From Raillietiella orientalis (Eukaryota), in NCBI GenBank assembly GCA_036172245.1, contig JAYWIR010000006.1, positions 2,108,001 through 2,172,000 on the forward strand: a stretch of 64,000 nucleotides of DNA. The letters run 5' to 3'. The notes beneath the pieces are model-generated. The model saw only the letters and a list, made by a program, of their open reading frames with translations. It was not told where the DNA came from and searched no databases. The number at the start of each line of letters is the position of its first letter. Positions within the stretch are counted from its first letter, which is position 1. Positions 24,818 through 37,174 of this stretch are shown piece after piece. A program made the position numbers and the translations under genes.

Positions 24818-27800
24818 GAAATCTGATCGTTCAATTCGATTCTTCCGTCACTCTTAGATTTGCATTTTAATCTTGCTAGCTCTGGGCATTACCTCTCACA
24901 TCACCTTACTCGGTACAGGGGAGGAAGGGAGGTAATTGGCAGTCTAGACATGATCTGTGCCACAATCGCCCTATAATGTACCAATGTTATCACAACCAAT
25001 GCACCAGTAATCTTACCGCGTGCATCCTACAGCCACCACATAACAGCATCCAAAAAAAAAAAAATGCCACATGCCGCTATACCTTACCACTCTCACGTAA
25101 AAATGGATTCTTCCAATTCATCTCATGCTTCACAGACGTGATGCATTAAACACATGATACCGTGAAGTCTCATAACCTTGAAGTCTGTGCCACACCCTCG
25201 AGAAGCGCCGTTCCCCTGGCGGCTCACGAGCTCGCCACGTATTTGGTGTAGGTCTGGACACAAGCTTGCTTTACCTCAGCCACCACCATGATCCATCCTT
25301 ACAGGAATCAGAATCTCCAGATTGCTGATCTAGCGCTTTCCCATAATACATCCCTCCTCCACTGAACCGCAATATCTGCAATATCAACTGACGGGGCTTG
25401 TTACTTCGTAGCACACTTTCCCTGTTACTTATTCATAGGCGCCGCCACCAATTATAGCCGGTTTCTTTCATCGGTGCCCTTTAATAACAGGAACCTTCCT
25501 CGGCTACCCTATCTTAGATACGCAGTTCTTCCCACATTAACTGGAGCGTATGCACCTTCTTCCCATAATGCTTCCTGACAGCATACCACGGCGCTTTTCA
25601 TATTACCTTGACATCTTCAGCCTATGAAACCTAATCTCAACCTCCGCGCCCTTTCTTTCCCTAATCTCCGCGTTTCCACTCATTTTCATCATCTAGAAAG
25701 ATTAATTGATAAACAATCCATTATCGATCACCTTTCAACGTAGGATTCACTAGAATGAGCACGATTCCCTTTAGATCAATCCATTCGTCCTCAGATCTTC
25801 CAATATGGCGGAATCAATGGACTGTCCATACATAACATTCAGTAATATTCCCAATAACATTTAAAAGGTCGTACTCTCTCACAGCAACCGCAACCACCAC
25901 CATCCCGTCCACTTCTCGTCCTACATCACACATCGTGCACTACAAACTCACACAGGCATCTCCTGTTAATTAATAGTAATCACCCCATGGAATTTCATTT
26001 GAACATCTACCCTTTCATTTATCCCATTATCGATCATAATTCCCTCCCTCCACATTCTATGTCTTCTTGACAGAAGCGCCTCTCCCTTGCTCCATTACCA
26101 CGACCATCCATTGCCAACCAACGATTCTGATCTCGTGAATACCTGTGCTTCAAAAACACCAAATTGGATTCATTTATAACCAGCCATTAATACTAATCCC
26201 CGCCTCCTCTTTACAGACAAGCATCTAATCATACCATTCAAAAACTACAGACCGCACAATCATTGCATCATCAGACGTCCTTCTGTCTTAATGACCCTCC
26301 CCCCCTTCCTTAGGAGATGGAAACCCTAGATACGTCGTCGGAATCACGGATAAACAAATGGAATTAAATTCGGACATCTTTTTCAGGTATAAAAAGTACG
26401 TTGTTGCCAAGCCGCAATTGCAAGAGTAAATCGGAGGACCGGAACGCCATTCGGTGCCACAGGTTAACACCCACATACTAACTTCCCCTCATGTTAGTAC
26501 TCAGAACCATTATGGAGCTACGAAATCATCCTTTCACGATCACACATCCACTTTTCTATTCGTTCCATTGCGGCTAAACACTCCGTGATACAAACCATAT
26601 CTGCAAACCTACACGAAAAGCAAGATGACCACGACAAACCTCGTCTCCTTCCCATCTGGATCCCTGAATCTTTTCCCTCTGCCCCATCTTACCGCTTCAT
26701 TAACATTATGTCTATCTCGGCCCCACCGGGGCACATCCCTACTGACTATTCCCCGTCACACGTAATGAGGATTGCCAGAAATCATTAGGAACAACCAAAA
26801 AGATAGAAGAAGCATTCTGGTCGATTGAAGGTGCCTCTCACTCCACGCAACCATCCCTCATCTCACTAATCCATCATGTCTCACTCTATGGCTGATGCAT
26901 CAGCGTACTTGTCCTTTTCTCTCGCGCGAACCACCACCTCTCCGGTTACCAAAAAAAGCTCTTCTCCACGTGAGAAAATCTACAGCACTTCTCAGCCTAC
27001 CTGAGACCGAAAGGAATCCTTACGACTTCATCACCATTCTTCCCTGTTCTCGGGGCTACAGGACTGCTAAGCCACTCTGAGACCGCGACTCACAACTGCC
27101 ATCACCTTCGGGCGCATTCTAAGCATCCTACCTACATGCGCCTTCATCCTAATCCTTACCATTCTGGAGATAGTCGTGAATCCAAGGTCTCAGAGCTGTT
27201 ACCTGATGCGCTCTTTACATCGAGAGCGACTCGAAAATGAACTCATTAACCACTTCCCGTTATCCACATGGACCCTGACCCATTCTCCCATCCTTATTGC
27301 CGCCTGTCCCTGAGCTGCCTCATACGTAACAAATAGTCTCCTCTCTCACTGCTGATCCTACCTGCAATAGGCTTCTCTGTGAGGAAAGATCGCGAACGCA
27401 GGTTCCTCATTCCTAGACGTCCTTTCCAAGGCAACAGCAAGCACATCCGGATAATACACATCCGCAATAATAATATGCATTCTCTTAGAGTTCTCCATCA
27501 TTTTTCCATGCCAGACGGGAAACCAGTCCACAACTCAACTTCTCTTCTGCCTCCTTCCAGCATCTACGAACCGTCTTCCAATCGTCTTCCAAAGAATTAC
27601 CACGTCTTAACACGCCTTTGTTTCTTAGTTCAGACATTACAGCAACCTCATCTCCGTACTGCTTCTCAAAAAACACACACACAAAAAAAATAAAGCTTCC
27701 TCAGTCGCCTCCACTATCACAGTCATCGTAGGTCTTCCATTCCCCGCCATTCGACCGTAGCACGGCTTCAAAGTCGAATTCCCCACTCCAGATTCCTTTT

Positions 27801-30000
27801 CGGCTTTATATTATCCTTTCTAGAGGCCCCCATGGGACCTCTTGTTATCACTAGCCTTACTAAGAAGAACATAGGACGTGCTTGTATATTTGCATGGATA
27901 CTTGTGGGATTGGCGTGAGACACGGGAGGCAGGGTTTTAGGTAGGGGATTGTAATTGTAGGAAGTGGGGATAGGGAAGAAGTCTCAAAGATGCCAGGCCC
28001 TGGACTGCGGGAAGAAGGGCGATTTTAGTTCGAATATGAGGAGGGCTTTGGGAAGAGCAGGAAGAGACCGTTTCGGAAATCGGTTCGAAAAAATCGGCAC
28101 TTCCACCTACCTCTCCATCCTTAGAAGAAGAAAGCAGCGTTCTAACCCAGAAGTCTGTAGACTTCTTCTTCTCTAGGGTGCATCTACGACACAAGAATCG
28201 TTCGAAAACCCCTTCAGGCATTAATGACTCTCCTTACATGTAGACGGACTCGTTCCCCGACAAATGAAAGGCCTGTGCAACGGCCCGGCCTTCTGCTAAG
28301 TTCTTGACTGCCCAACTCCATGTTGGCCAAAGAACCAGTCGTGCATCAAGCCGCCGAGATGATGCAGGCCACAGCCTTACATCGTTTAAAAGGAGCCAAG
28401 TTTCCACAGGGTCGGATCACATGCCCGAAATTCTCCGGCTCCGAGTCTGCCCGCTAACGCAGTGGAACTTCACCCCTCCTGTGGTCACCCCTCACTCGTG
28501 GAGGTCATCCGGGGAGAAAGCGAGGCTCTGGATGCTCGCCTTACGAAAAGATCCACGAGCAATCGCAGCTCGAAACTCCAGAAGGAGCCCCAACTCCTTC
28601 AGATAACTGGGGTTGCGTGCGTGTCTCCTTCGAATGTCACCTGCCCACGACCACTTTTCTCCCAGATAGCTTATTTTCGGCCGCAACTTCCACCTGAGCC
28701 GCTGTCAACCGCCTCCAAAAGTCCACGGCGGACCAGGAACCGAAGCGGGTAGTGCACCTCTGTCGAACACTCACCACTCCCAACGCGAAAAATCTTGGAA
28801 AGGACAACGGCTACGCACAGGCAGTTATTGGAAGCCACGTGAAGGGCAAACCGATGCACTTGACCCTGTCCAATTCGACGAAACGCATCCGAATAGCGAG
28901 GACTTTACGCAAGTTTTCCCGATTTCCCGTCTTACTGAGCGCCCGTCCAGCTAGGGCGTTTCAGCGTTCCCACTGCGCTCAGCTCAGTGTCGGTCCCCAC
29001 GGATTTCTGCATCGCTGCCGGTTCTGCACTCAAGAGGTGCTCAGCAGAAGTGGCAAAGCCACCTCCTCCAGAGAGCACCGAGAGTGCCTTCCGTCGGACG
29101 GATTCCACGCAGCGCTCTACAAAGTCCCGAAAGGCCCGGTAGAGCCCGTGGCAGCAATGGGAATCCTGAAATCAGAAAGTTCGGGTGCACTGGGAATCTT
29201 CCCACGTGCGGATATCAGCTGTCGATACCTGCTTCCCCCTTTTTTCTGTGCCTTCCCCTGAGCTTTGTCTGTTTCTCTGGGCCTCGGACTTCCCTCGATG
29301 AGACCGCGCGCCTACGAGGACTGGAAACTGCTGGAGCAGTTTCCGGTCCTCGTAGGCGTCTGCCTTAGGGATGGGGGACGGGAGTTTAATGCGCGTCATG
29401 CCGGATTCTGATGAATGAGCTCTTTCCTTGTTGAAGACTTGAGTTTGGACTTGAGGGCGTACAAGTACACTTCGAGGAAGGAGCTATTTTAATACGAACG
29501 TGTTTGCACTACTCCTTAGGTGCTTGCCAACATCAAAACACCAATAGCATCCGATGCGACGAATCCCTTCCGAGGAGCTCTCAGAATCCAGTAGCACCAG
29601 CAGTTCTCGAGTCCTTGTCCGAAACCACTGTTTCTTGTAAGGCAACCCTTGTCCTCCGGCATGAATTGTCTTTTTCGAGATCAGTTTAACTTTTCAAACA
29701 TCTTTTAGTGCCTCTTCAGCATCTGCCTCCCCTTCTCCGGATCCTCAAAGCACTTTTCCCTTCTAGGATTTCTCCCACAACTTCTAAAACGTTCTAATGT
29801 TCAAAGCAAGGGACGCGCCTTCTCAACGTGGGACAGCGGTCGATCACTCGCAGCGCCTAATCTGTGAAACCGTCTAAACGGACTCTCACACGCCGTTGAT
29901 CACCACGTGTTTGAAAGACCAGGGCTCGTCTTCATCAGCGTTCCCATCGCTACAGGCTGTTAGCAGGTTCATCCAATTACCCCGCTTCACTGCTCCGGGC
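24818..30000 (-). mobile_element. Long degenerate LINE: ORF1 (DUF4283-like and CCHC), EN, RT, zf-RVT; possibly two copies joined near 27850
   Basis: EPWSFKHVV...VRLDG (~29870-29930); CYWCFDVGKH (~29515-29550); WSWAGDIR (GDFN, ~28640); RVALDVKSA (~27220); LRGVRG..FYLF (~26830); FADM (~26600); TTYLGFP (~26330); CLSVKRRRGLV; FFWMLL..CGTDHV*TANYL (zf). Confidence 0.7.
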
Positions 30001-30369
30001 TTTCATTCTTCCCGTGTGCCAGCATCCAACATTTATCGCCACTTGGCTCCACCCTGAACCCTTACCGTGAGCGGATGTCTCGCACCGGCCCTGGCGCGTC
30101 TCAATCGAAAACTGAAATATGACCGCAAGGGTGGATCAAAAAAGTGAAGGAGGTTCAATTTTCTCCTTTTTTCCCCCCTTTTGTGGCTTTGGAAAAGGAT
30201 TTGCAAAAAGATCTGCTGCTGCCCATTTTTCAAAGTGGCCCTTTCCCTTGCTTACCGGGCCATATCTCACATCGTTGCGCCAGCTCCTCGAAAGAGGTGC
30301 CTAAGAAAAACGCTCTCGGCTGCTGCTTCTCCAACGGGTTTGTGCGCCGCCGCCCTGATAGCATCATCA

Positions 30370-32100
30370 CTCGAATGACGCAAGCTCGTTTATTTTATCG
30401 TGGTTTTTAATTAGCAAGCTTTTATTGATGTTGTTCAAGGACACAGGATTCCGCCTTCTGTGCGCGACAGGCATCATCATCGTTGACAACGGCAGGAGCA
30501 TAGCGCCGTCCGCTAATCATTTGATCATTAGCTCCAGGCAGATGGACCCAGATCAGCGCGCTGGGATCCCGGAGATCAGAGTTCCGAGTCGTAACGGGAC
30601 GGCGGTTCTTAAGGACTCCATCGGAAACTGGCATTCCTACGGGATGGCTGTCAGTTTGAACGAGACTTGCGAGTTCATCTTTTCCAGGATGCCAGCGAGG
30701 GCCACGGGCTCAGGGAAAGCTGGAGACGAGGAGAGGAGGCTACTCGCGGCTGATGGGGGGGGAGGGCGCTGGATGCTGGCAGAGGAGAGTCTGGACCGGT
30801 CGGATGGAAACGCGGGCAAAGCAAATGCCACGAGACTACGGGGACTATGCCGCTCCTCCGACTTCCTGTGAGAGAACTCTTGGACTCCCGATTATGGTTG
30901 AAATAATCGACATCCGTTTCCTACTTTTCGTCCAAGAGAGCCGGAGATGTGATGGTTGAAGGGAAGAGGTCCAAATCCGTGTGCGCTGGGCGAGGAAGAA
31001 GTTCAAACTTGCGACTCGGTGCGCAAGAGGGACATCTGCTTCAGCTGACCTGCACGGCCGACACTGCTGAGCAAAGCGGAAGAAGCACCTTTTGGGAAAC
31101 GGAACTGCTGCGTTCGCTGCGCGACTTCCGCTCTCTCTCCGAACACTGCCCAATGTCTTTGTCGCTCCTTCCACATTCCTTTTTTCTTTCTTTCCGGTTC
31201 GCCAATTGCTGAGGAACCGTTCGTTTCCTTAGGGACTTTCTCCTTAACACCGTCCACGCCACCCGAGGCTGCGTGTAACTCTCCAAGTCATAGGGGGACC
31301 ACCCTATGAATCCAGGAAGGCTATGGAGGGAATCCGTTCCTCTCACGCTTGGTAGCTAGCCCGAAGGGAACCTTCTCCCTTGTTGTCTCCGAAGTGAACC
31401 CCTAAGGGAACCTCTTCCTTGTTCTCCTGGGGGAAACCATCCGCTTTATAGGGGACATTCCTCGTTTCCTCTCCGTAGGGAACCTGGAAAGGATCCGCTC
31501 CTTATTTCCTCCTCTGAAGAGAACCCCGGAGGGACGCTTCCCCATTTCTCGGGCACTTCCCGAAGCGAGCAGCGCGCTTCTCACACTCTGGAGAGGCAAC
31601 CCACGAGGGGGCATCAACCAGCTCCATGGCACGGCTCCATTTGCTCCTGCACAACTGGAGGCTCTTTGATTTCCGGAAGAACCCGGGGGGTTGACCTCCA
31701 ATCCCAGCCAGTCAATACGGGCATCCGGTTTCCGTCTGCCTCCACCAGCGCCGCGCCCGAAGCCCGTGGACCAGCCAGCGCTATCCTGCGGGGGAGACTC
31801 GAGACCCACGATGCACCCACTTCTCGGCGTCCATCCTCCACTCAGGGATTCGAATCCGCAACGCTTGGCACACCACTCTCAGAGACTGCAGATACACGGC
31901 CGCGTTGGCGTCCTTGTAGCTACGGTCCAGGGAGAGCTGTATGGCAGAGGCTTCCCCTGTTCTGGTGGTGATTGAGGTATTTCCAAAACAACGTTTGCGA
32001 GAAGGAGGGTGCACTTTGCACGGTGTTTGGTGGCGGAGGAGGCGTGGAATCCATTGCTCTCCTCCGGCTGGATCGACGCTCCTCGCCTTATCTCGCTCCC
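30370..32100 (-). mobile_element. Degenerate LINE 3' half
   Basis: CQALRIRIPEWRMDAEKWVHRG and LPGFIGWSPYDLESYTQPRVAW blocks are shared with the copies at 21150 and 33570-34100; weak AATAAACG end at ~30370-30395. Confidence 0.55.
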
Positions 32101-32459
32101 TGCCGTCCATCGAAACGGTGCCCGTTCCCCATTCATCGCGATAACCGTCAGGAAAGCCGCTCCATGATGCATCGTTTAGTCTCGGTCTTGACGTGGCTGC
32201 GTAGCCACCTTGAACTCACTTTTGATATATTTTTGAGACACCGTGAATGATCAGTTACGTGGACCCGTGGCCGAGGTGTCCGACTTTCCAGCGATGGTGA
32301 AAACACCGATGCGCCTGCCCTCCTGCCTCTTCTTGATCAGCCACGTTGACTACTGCTGCCTGACAGCCTCCTACGCCTTCGTCTGTTGAACTTTTAACAC
32401 CCATTCGTGCCAGCCATTGTGCGACCCTTGTGTTTCGCTCCGTACTGCGCTGAGTTTTG

Positions 32460-32462
<3 letters not shown>

Positions 32463-32503
<41 letters not shown>

Positions 32504-32527
32504 ATTTCTGTCCCCCCCCCCCCCCCC
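32463..32527. repeat. (TG)19 microsatellite followed by a C16 run
   Basis: TG repeat at 32463-32500; poly-C at 32512-32527. Confidence 0.95.
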
Positions 32528-32699
32528 ACGCCTTCCCCTTCCCCTTTCTTTCTGGCTAGAAAAAAAATTGATCGCCCTCACACACCGACTGCGCCGATTC
32601 GTTTTCGAAATGCGCTGTCGTTTGACGACGGCACAATCGGCAAGACGGATGATGACTGCACTCGACCTACTGAGCCCTGCCGGCGTCGTATCGTAAAGG

Positions 32700-34517
32700 A
32701 ACTTGTCCTGACGACGCTGTAGGCTCCAAGACCTTGGGAGAGTGCCCCGAACAGGCAGTGTTGGTCGCACGCAAATCACCTGCACTTTTCCATGTCCTAT
32801 CTACCTCTTTTGGAGCACGAAGGATGGTGATTGCTCAGGGTGGATCGGGAAGTGCAGGCGATCTGCTCGCACCGCTGACCAACACTCCCTGTTCGGGGCA
32901 CGCTCCCAAGGTCTTCGAGCCTACAGCGTCGTCAGGTTGCAGTATCGTTGGGGCGAGTCCCTTACGGTACGACGCCAGCAGACCATCCTTCGTGCTCCGT
33001 AATAGATAGGTAGGACAGGGAAGAGTGACGTTCCCTTGCTAGGAGACAGTTTCCTTGGCTCCTGCCTTTTTTCATCTCTTCTTCGCGTGCTACGCACTTG
33101 TTTGCTTGATGCCTGAAACTCTTGGTCTTCGTGAGCGGCACGGATTCTGCGCCGTCATACGGAAGGATTGAAATTGGCTAAGAGTGACTTCTGCTTGCTC
33201 TGCGGCCGCTCCGACGCATCGCAGCAGAGCAGCAGGAAAACTCTGGGCAGCACGCGGCTGCCCTGAGGCCTCCGATTGGGCAGAGTGAGCATCACCAGCT
33301 CAAGTTCCGTCTGTGTGCGACCTCTCCAGATCAATCAGGTTGCACGTCGAGGTACAGCCGGTCGAACGCTGGCGTTCCGGAGAACTTTTTCAGCACAGAC
33401 TCCTGGTTTCCGGGGTAGCTGCGTCCCCAAATTGTTCAGGGCGAGGGGCGATTGATCGCTTTCGCACCTGCTGTTGGATTGCAGTGCCCTCGAGGAACTT
33501 TGGCGCAGGCTGGCTTCTGCATTCTTGCACGGTGAGGACACTGCCAGAGACATGCTGATAAGCCCACGTTGGCGGCCCTGTGGCTGCGGCCTCCGCTCAT
33601 GGCACCAAGCGTTGCGGGTTCGAATCTCCACGTAGAGCATCGATGCCGAGAAGTGGGTGCTTCGTGGGTTGCGAGTCCCCCCGCAGGATGACGCTATGTG
33701 GTCCATGGACTTCGGGGGCGAAGCTGGTAGAAGCCGCAAATCCCGGATGTCCCTGTTGACTGGCCGGGATTGGAAGTCGACCCTCCCGGGTCTTTCCAGG
33801 AATCCAGGGAGCAGTTCCTTTCGGGGTTGCACTCCGGTTGCGATAGTGGACCCGTTTCCCTTCTCAGAGGAGAACCTCCATCGCGTACCATGGAACTGAT
33901 ATGCCCTCAGGGGTTGCCTCTCCAGAGTGTAAGAAGACACTCTCTTCCTTCAGGGCTCCCTTCGGAGGTTACCAAGGAGAAGGTTCCCAAGCGTAAGAGG
34001 AACGGACTACTTCCTCTGGAGCCCTTTTGGATCCATAGGGTGATGCTCTCTGGGTTGCCCCCTATAACTTGAAGGATCACACGTACCCTCGGGTGGCGTG
34101 GACAGCCTTAAAGAACTTCATGAGTTCCCAGACGAACGGTTCTTGAGTACCTAGCGCACCAGAAAAAGGAAAAGGCCTGCTGTGACGGTTCTTCTCAAGA
34201 GGAACTGCGACAGGTGTTGCGAACGCGCCATCGTCACAGCCCAGTACTTACTGGAGTGTCGTGAGCAGCGATGGGAGGTAATCAGAATGAACCACATATG
34301 TGTGGGGATCGCTGCGAGGTGGCCTCACCTACAGGAAGAAGTCAAGGCGGAGGTCGCCGGTATTCCGCACTGTTTCTGAGCAGGAAGGAGCTTCAGATGC
34401 CAAAGATCTCCATCCTCCCTTTTTTTTTTCCGGTTGTTTTTCTATCGTCCCCCTTTCTTTCACTCCGTACTGCCTCAGCGAACGACCCGCGTGTTGGTGG
34501 ACCCTCCAAATGAACTT
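32700..34517 (+). mobile_element. Degenerate LINE (RT end, post-RT, zf, first half of 3' UTR); continues at 35734-35836
   Basis: PCPIYLF, HSLFGAR (FADD position), WHQALRVRIS block, NCDRCCE...QYLLEC...W finger (ORF 34182..34379); motif A at 34482-34497. Confidence 0.65.
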
Positions 34518-35733
34518 AAAGGTCAAGCGAGCCACCGGCTACGCTAAACTGTCTCCGTTCCTGGTGCGACGGCGCTGACGCAACGTGTCCAGCTGCGGAC
34601 TGGAGCTCCGGCAAGTGGCCACTCTGACCAGGACCAACAACTAGGTCTTCTGCTGGCCCGCGAACGGTAGTCCCTTGTTGCAGGAAACCGTTCGCACATG
34701 GGTCAGGAACGACGAAGCGAGCCCGGTGATGCGGCAGAGACTGCTGCACTCCTACAACAACCGCTCGCTTTAGGACGTTATCGTGCAGCCCACCACGTGT
34801 GCGTGGGCGCAAAGAACCTCCCTAGCCGCGGCACTGCCCTCCTTCATGGAGCACCTGAGCAGTACCAGCCGGCCAGATGGGAGGTCCGATGTGAGATCGG
34901 TGGAGGAGCGAAGGAATTAGGTGGTTGACACACGGACAAGCTTACGGGCGCTGCGACCCCGAGTGCCCCACCGAAAGAACTATTCCGCTGAGGCGAGCTG
35001 CTGGGAGTCATACATGAGGGCCTCAAGTGGCCCTCTGTGCTGGAGAACAGCGGGGTCCTCCCCCTGAAGTGGCAGGAGTCGGCACTTCTGCTGTTGCACT
35101 GAGGCCTCCCGTGCAATGTCCGCCGCTCCCACTAGCCCGGTCCCACCTGCAAAAGTTGGGGTCCATAGCCCCCTAATTTTTGCAGGTGTAAAGAACGGGA
35201 ATCCTTCCCTCACTTGCTTGTAGACTGTGTTGCCCTCCGGTTCCTGTGGTTACGTTACGCAACGTCCCTTGGTCCATCGACGGACGACCCCAGAGACGTG
35301 ATGAAGCTCCTCTTCGTGTGCAATGTCCTTCCGACATCTCCAGCAGCTCGTTGCTGCTTACGTGGGAACGTGGGATCTGGAGCTACACGAGAGGAAGACG
35401 GCACCATAGGGACTCCATCTGCTTCGCCCTGCGCTTGCTGCGGACGGCAGCAAGATAACCCCACCTGGGGCGTACTCAGAAGGAACTTGTCGGCATCCCA
35501 AAAAGGGTGCTGAGGATGCTCTCCAGAGGACAAGGATCCATTCCCGTGTCTCCCAGAGTTTTTGTTTTATTATTGATTTTTGCTTACTTTCATTTTTGCT
35601 TGCTCTTTCCCTCTCCGCTGCAGGGGAGAACCTTGCCGACCTGCGTGCTGGTAACTCTGCAGGTTCCAAGCATTTTCGGATAAACATATGTTTATTTTCT
35701 ATAACAAACGTCCCGGAGTAACCGGTCGAAAAA
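34518..35733 (+). mobile_element. 5'-truncated LINE nested in the 3' UTR of the previous copy
   Basis: From 35061: PLKWQESALLLLH*GLPCNVRRSH*...CRCKERESFPHLLVDC..LW. Motif A at 35636, terminal unit at 35703-35726. Degenerate TSD ccaaatgaactt (34506-34517) / ccgtatgagctt (35734-35745). Confidence 0.7.
35703..35726 (+). other. LINE 3'-terminal unit
   Basis: AACAAA CGT CCCGG AGTAA CCGGT. Confidence 0.8.
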
Positions 35734-35806
35734 CCGTATGAGCTTTTTTTCTTTCCATTTTTATTTCGGGAGCTGCGTTCCCAACTCCTGTGTTTATTTT
35801 TTATAA

Positions 35807-35830
35807 AATCAAGACCCCTGCACTCCCGGG
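35807..35830 (+). other. LINE 3'-terminal unit (degenerate)
   Basis: AATCAA GAC CCCTG CACTC CCGGG, followed by AGAAAA. Confidence 0.55.
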
Positions 35831-35839
35831 AGAAAATTC

Positions 35840-36030
35840 GTGCGAGACCCCTTCAGATCAATTAGGCTGCACGTCGAAGTACAGCCGGGAGAAAGTGTTG
35901 GCATTCCGGAGACCCACGGGCGGCACGAGGAACGGAGGCCGCCGCGTACCCTAGACCCGCTTGGGCGAGGGCGATGAAGCACGGAACAGGACGGATCTCT
36001 CCTGCAAACCTTCTTCATAGCTGCGCTACG
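35840..36030 (+). mobile_element. LINE post-RT fragment
   Basis: cagatcaattaggctgcacgtcgaagtacagccgg matches 33327-33361 (cagatcaatcaggttgcacgtcgaggtacagccgg). Confidence 0.55.
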
Positions 36031-37174
36031 TCTTCACAGCTTTCTCGCGCGAGAATGGCTTTCATCTGCGGCACCTCCCGTAGGCCCTCCAGCAGCCGGC
36101 TGTAATGCAGCATCCCCCACGGAGACGTACACTGCTAATTCGGGTCTCGATAAACTTGGCCAGGATAACCTAGCCGAGCTCGCGTCGCGTGGCTCTACGT
36201 GGCGCAGCTAGGCTTCGCAGTCGAACGGTCCATCCGATGCGTCTCCGAGATCCCCAGATAGCCGAAGCGATCAAACGTGTAATAAGCGTCCAGAGACGAA
36301 AACCGAAGTCGCCGATGATAAATTAGGGACCACCCAATGAACGACGTCTCCTTCCGTCACGACCTCGGCGGCGACTGCACCTGCTACGGCGAGTCCCGGG
36401 TTCAGTAAACAAGCGGACAAACAACGCCAGAGGGAGAAAGGAGCAAGGAGATGGAATGCCTCTGCAAAAAACTGCGAGCTCGAGTTCGCAGGAGTTAACC
36501 ACGATCAAGGCTCTGGAACCTGCAACAAAAAAAGAAAAGAAAAGAAGGAAAGAAAAGAAACCTGCCAACGCAACCAGGACGGGGCGAGTAGTGGTGCATC
36601 ATCTCGGTCTCAGAAGCAGACATTTGAACAAATCGTGACTTCCGTGAGGCGAGTCATCCAGCCAAAACACCTTGCTGCGCGCATCGGTGCATGTCGTTAC
36701 GTTCGCGGTCCACGTCAGCGGCATGAGTCCACGTACGCCACAGGCAAGTTAGGCAGCGAATCAGAAATGCGACACTGTAAGGGTGTACCATAGCATAACA
36801 CATGCGTTTATTAATCGTATATGCTGTGTACTTTTGCAAATGTAAGGTCATACATCTTCCATGAGCTGTGCACCGGTACATGCCATACTTTGATGCCGTA
36901 GTGTTCCGTACATAAACAGGGGACACACGTGCTCACGCCTTTCTGTTTTCCAGCTGTACGTACCGAGCAAGTGCACGTCTGCACGCGGGAGAACTGTCGC
37001 AGTTCCCGCGCTCCTGAACAAAGGCTTTCGGGTGCAACGCAAGCGCGGAGGAGGTGGCTGGAGAAGATTCCGCCGCAGAGCTAAAACAGGCAGGCCAGGG
37101 GAACGGGCAATAGCCCCAAGCGTTCCGGGAGTCCATCAGGAGCTATCTCGGATCCCAAGGTCGAGTGCCCGAAG

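Noticed and set aside
22875..25170. Inverted repeats as DNA-transposon TIRs or LTRs
   Set aside because: Both arms translate as zf-RVT relics; no transposase, TSD or TG..CA ends were found.
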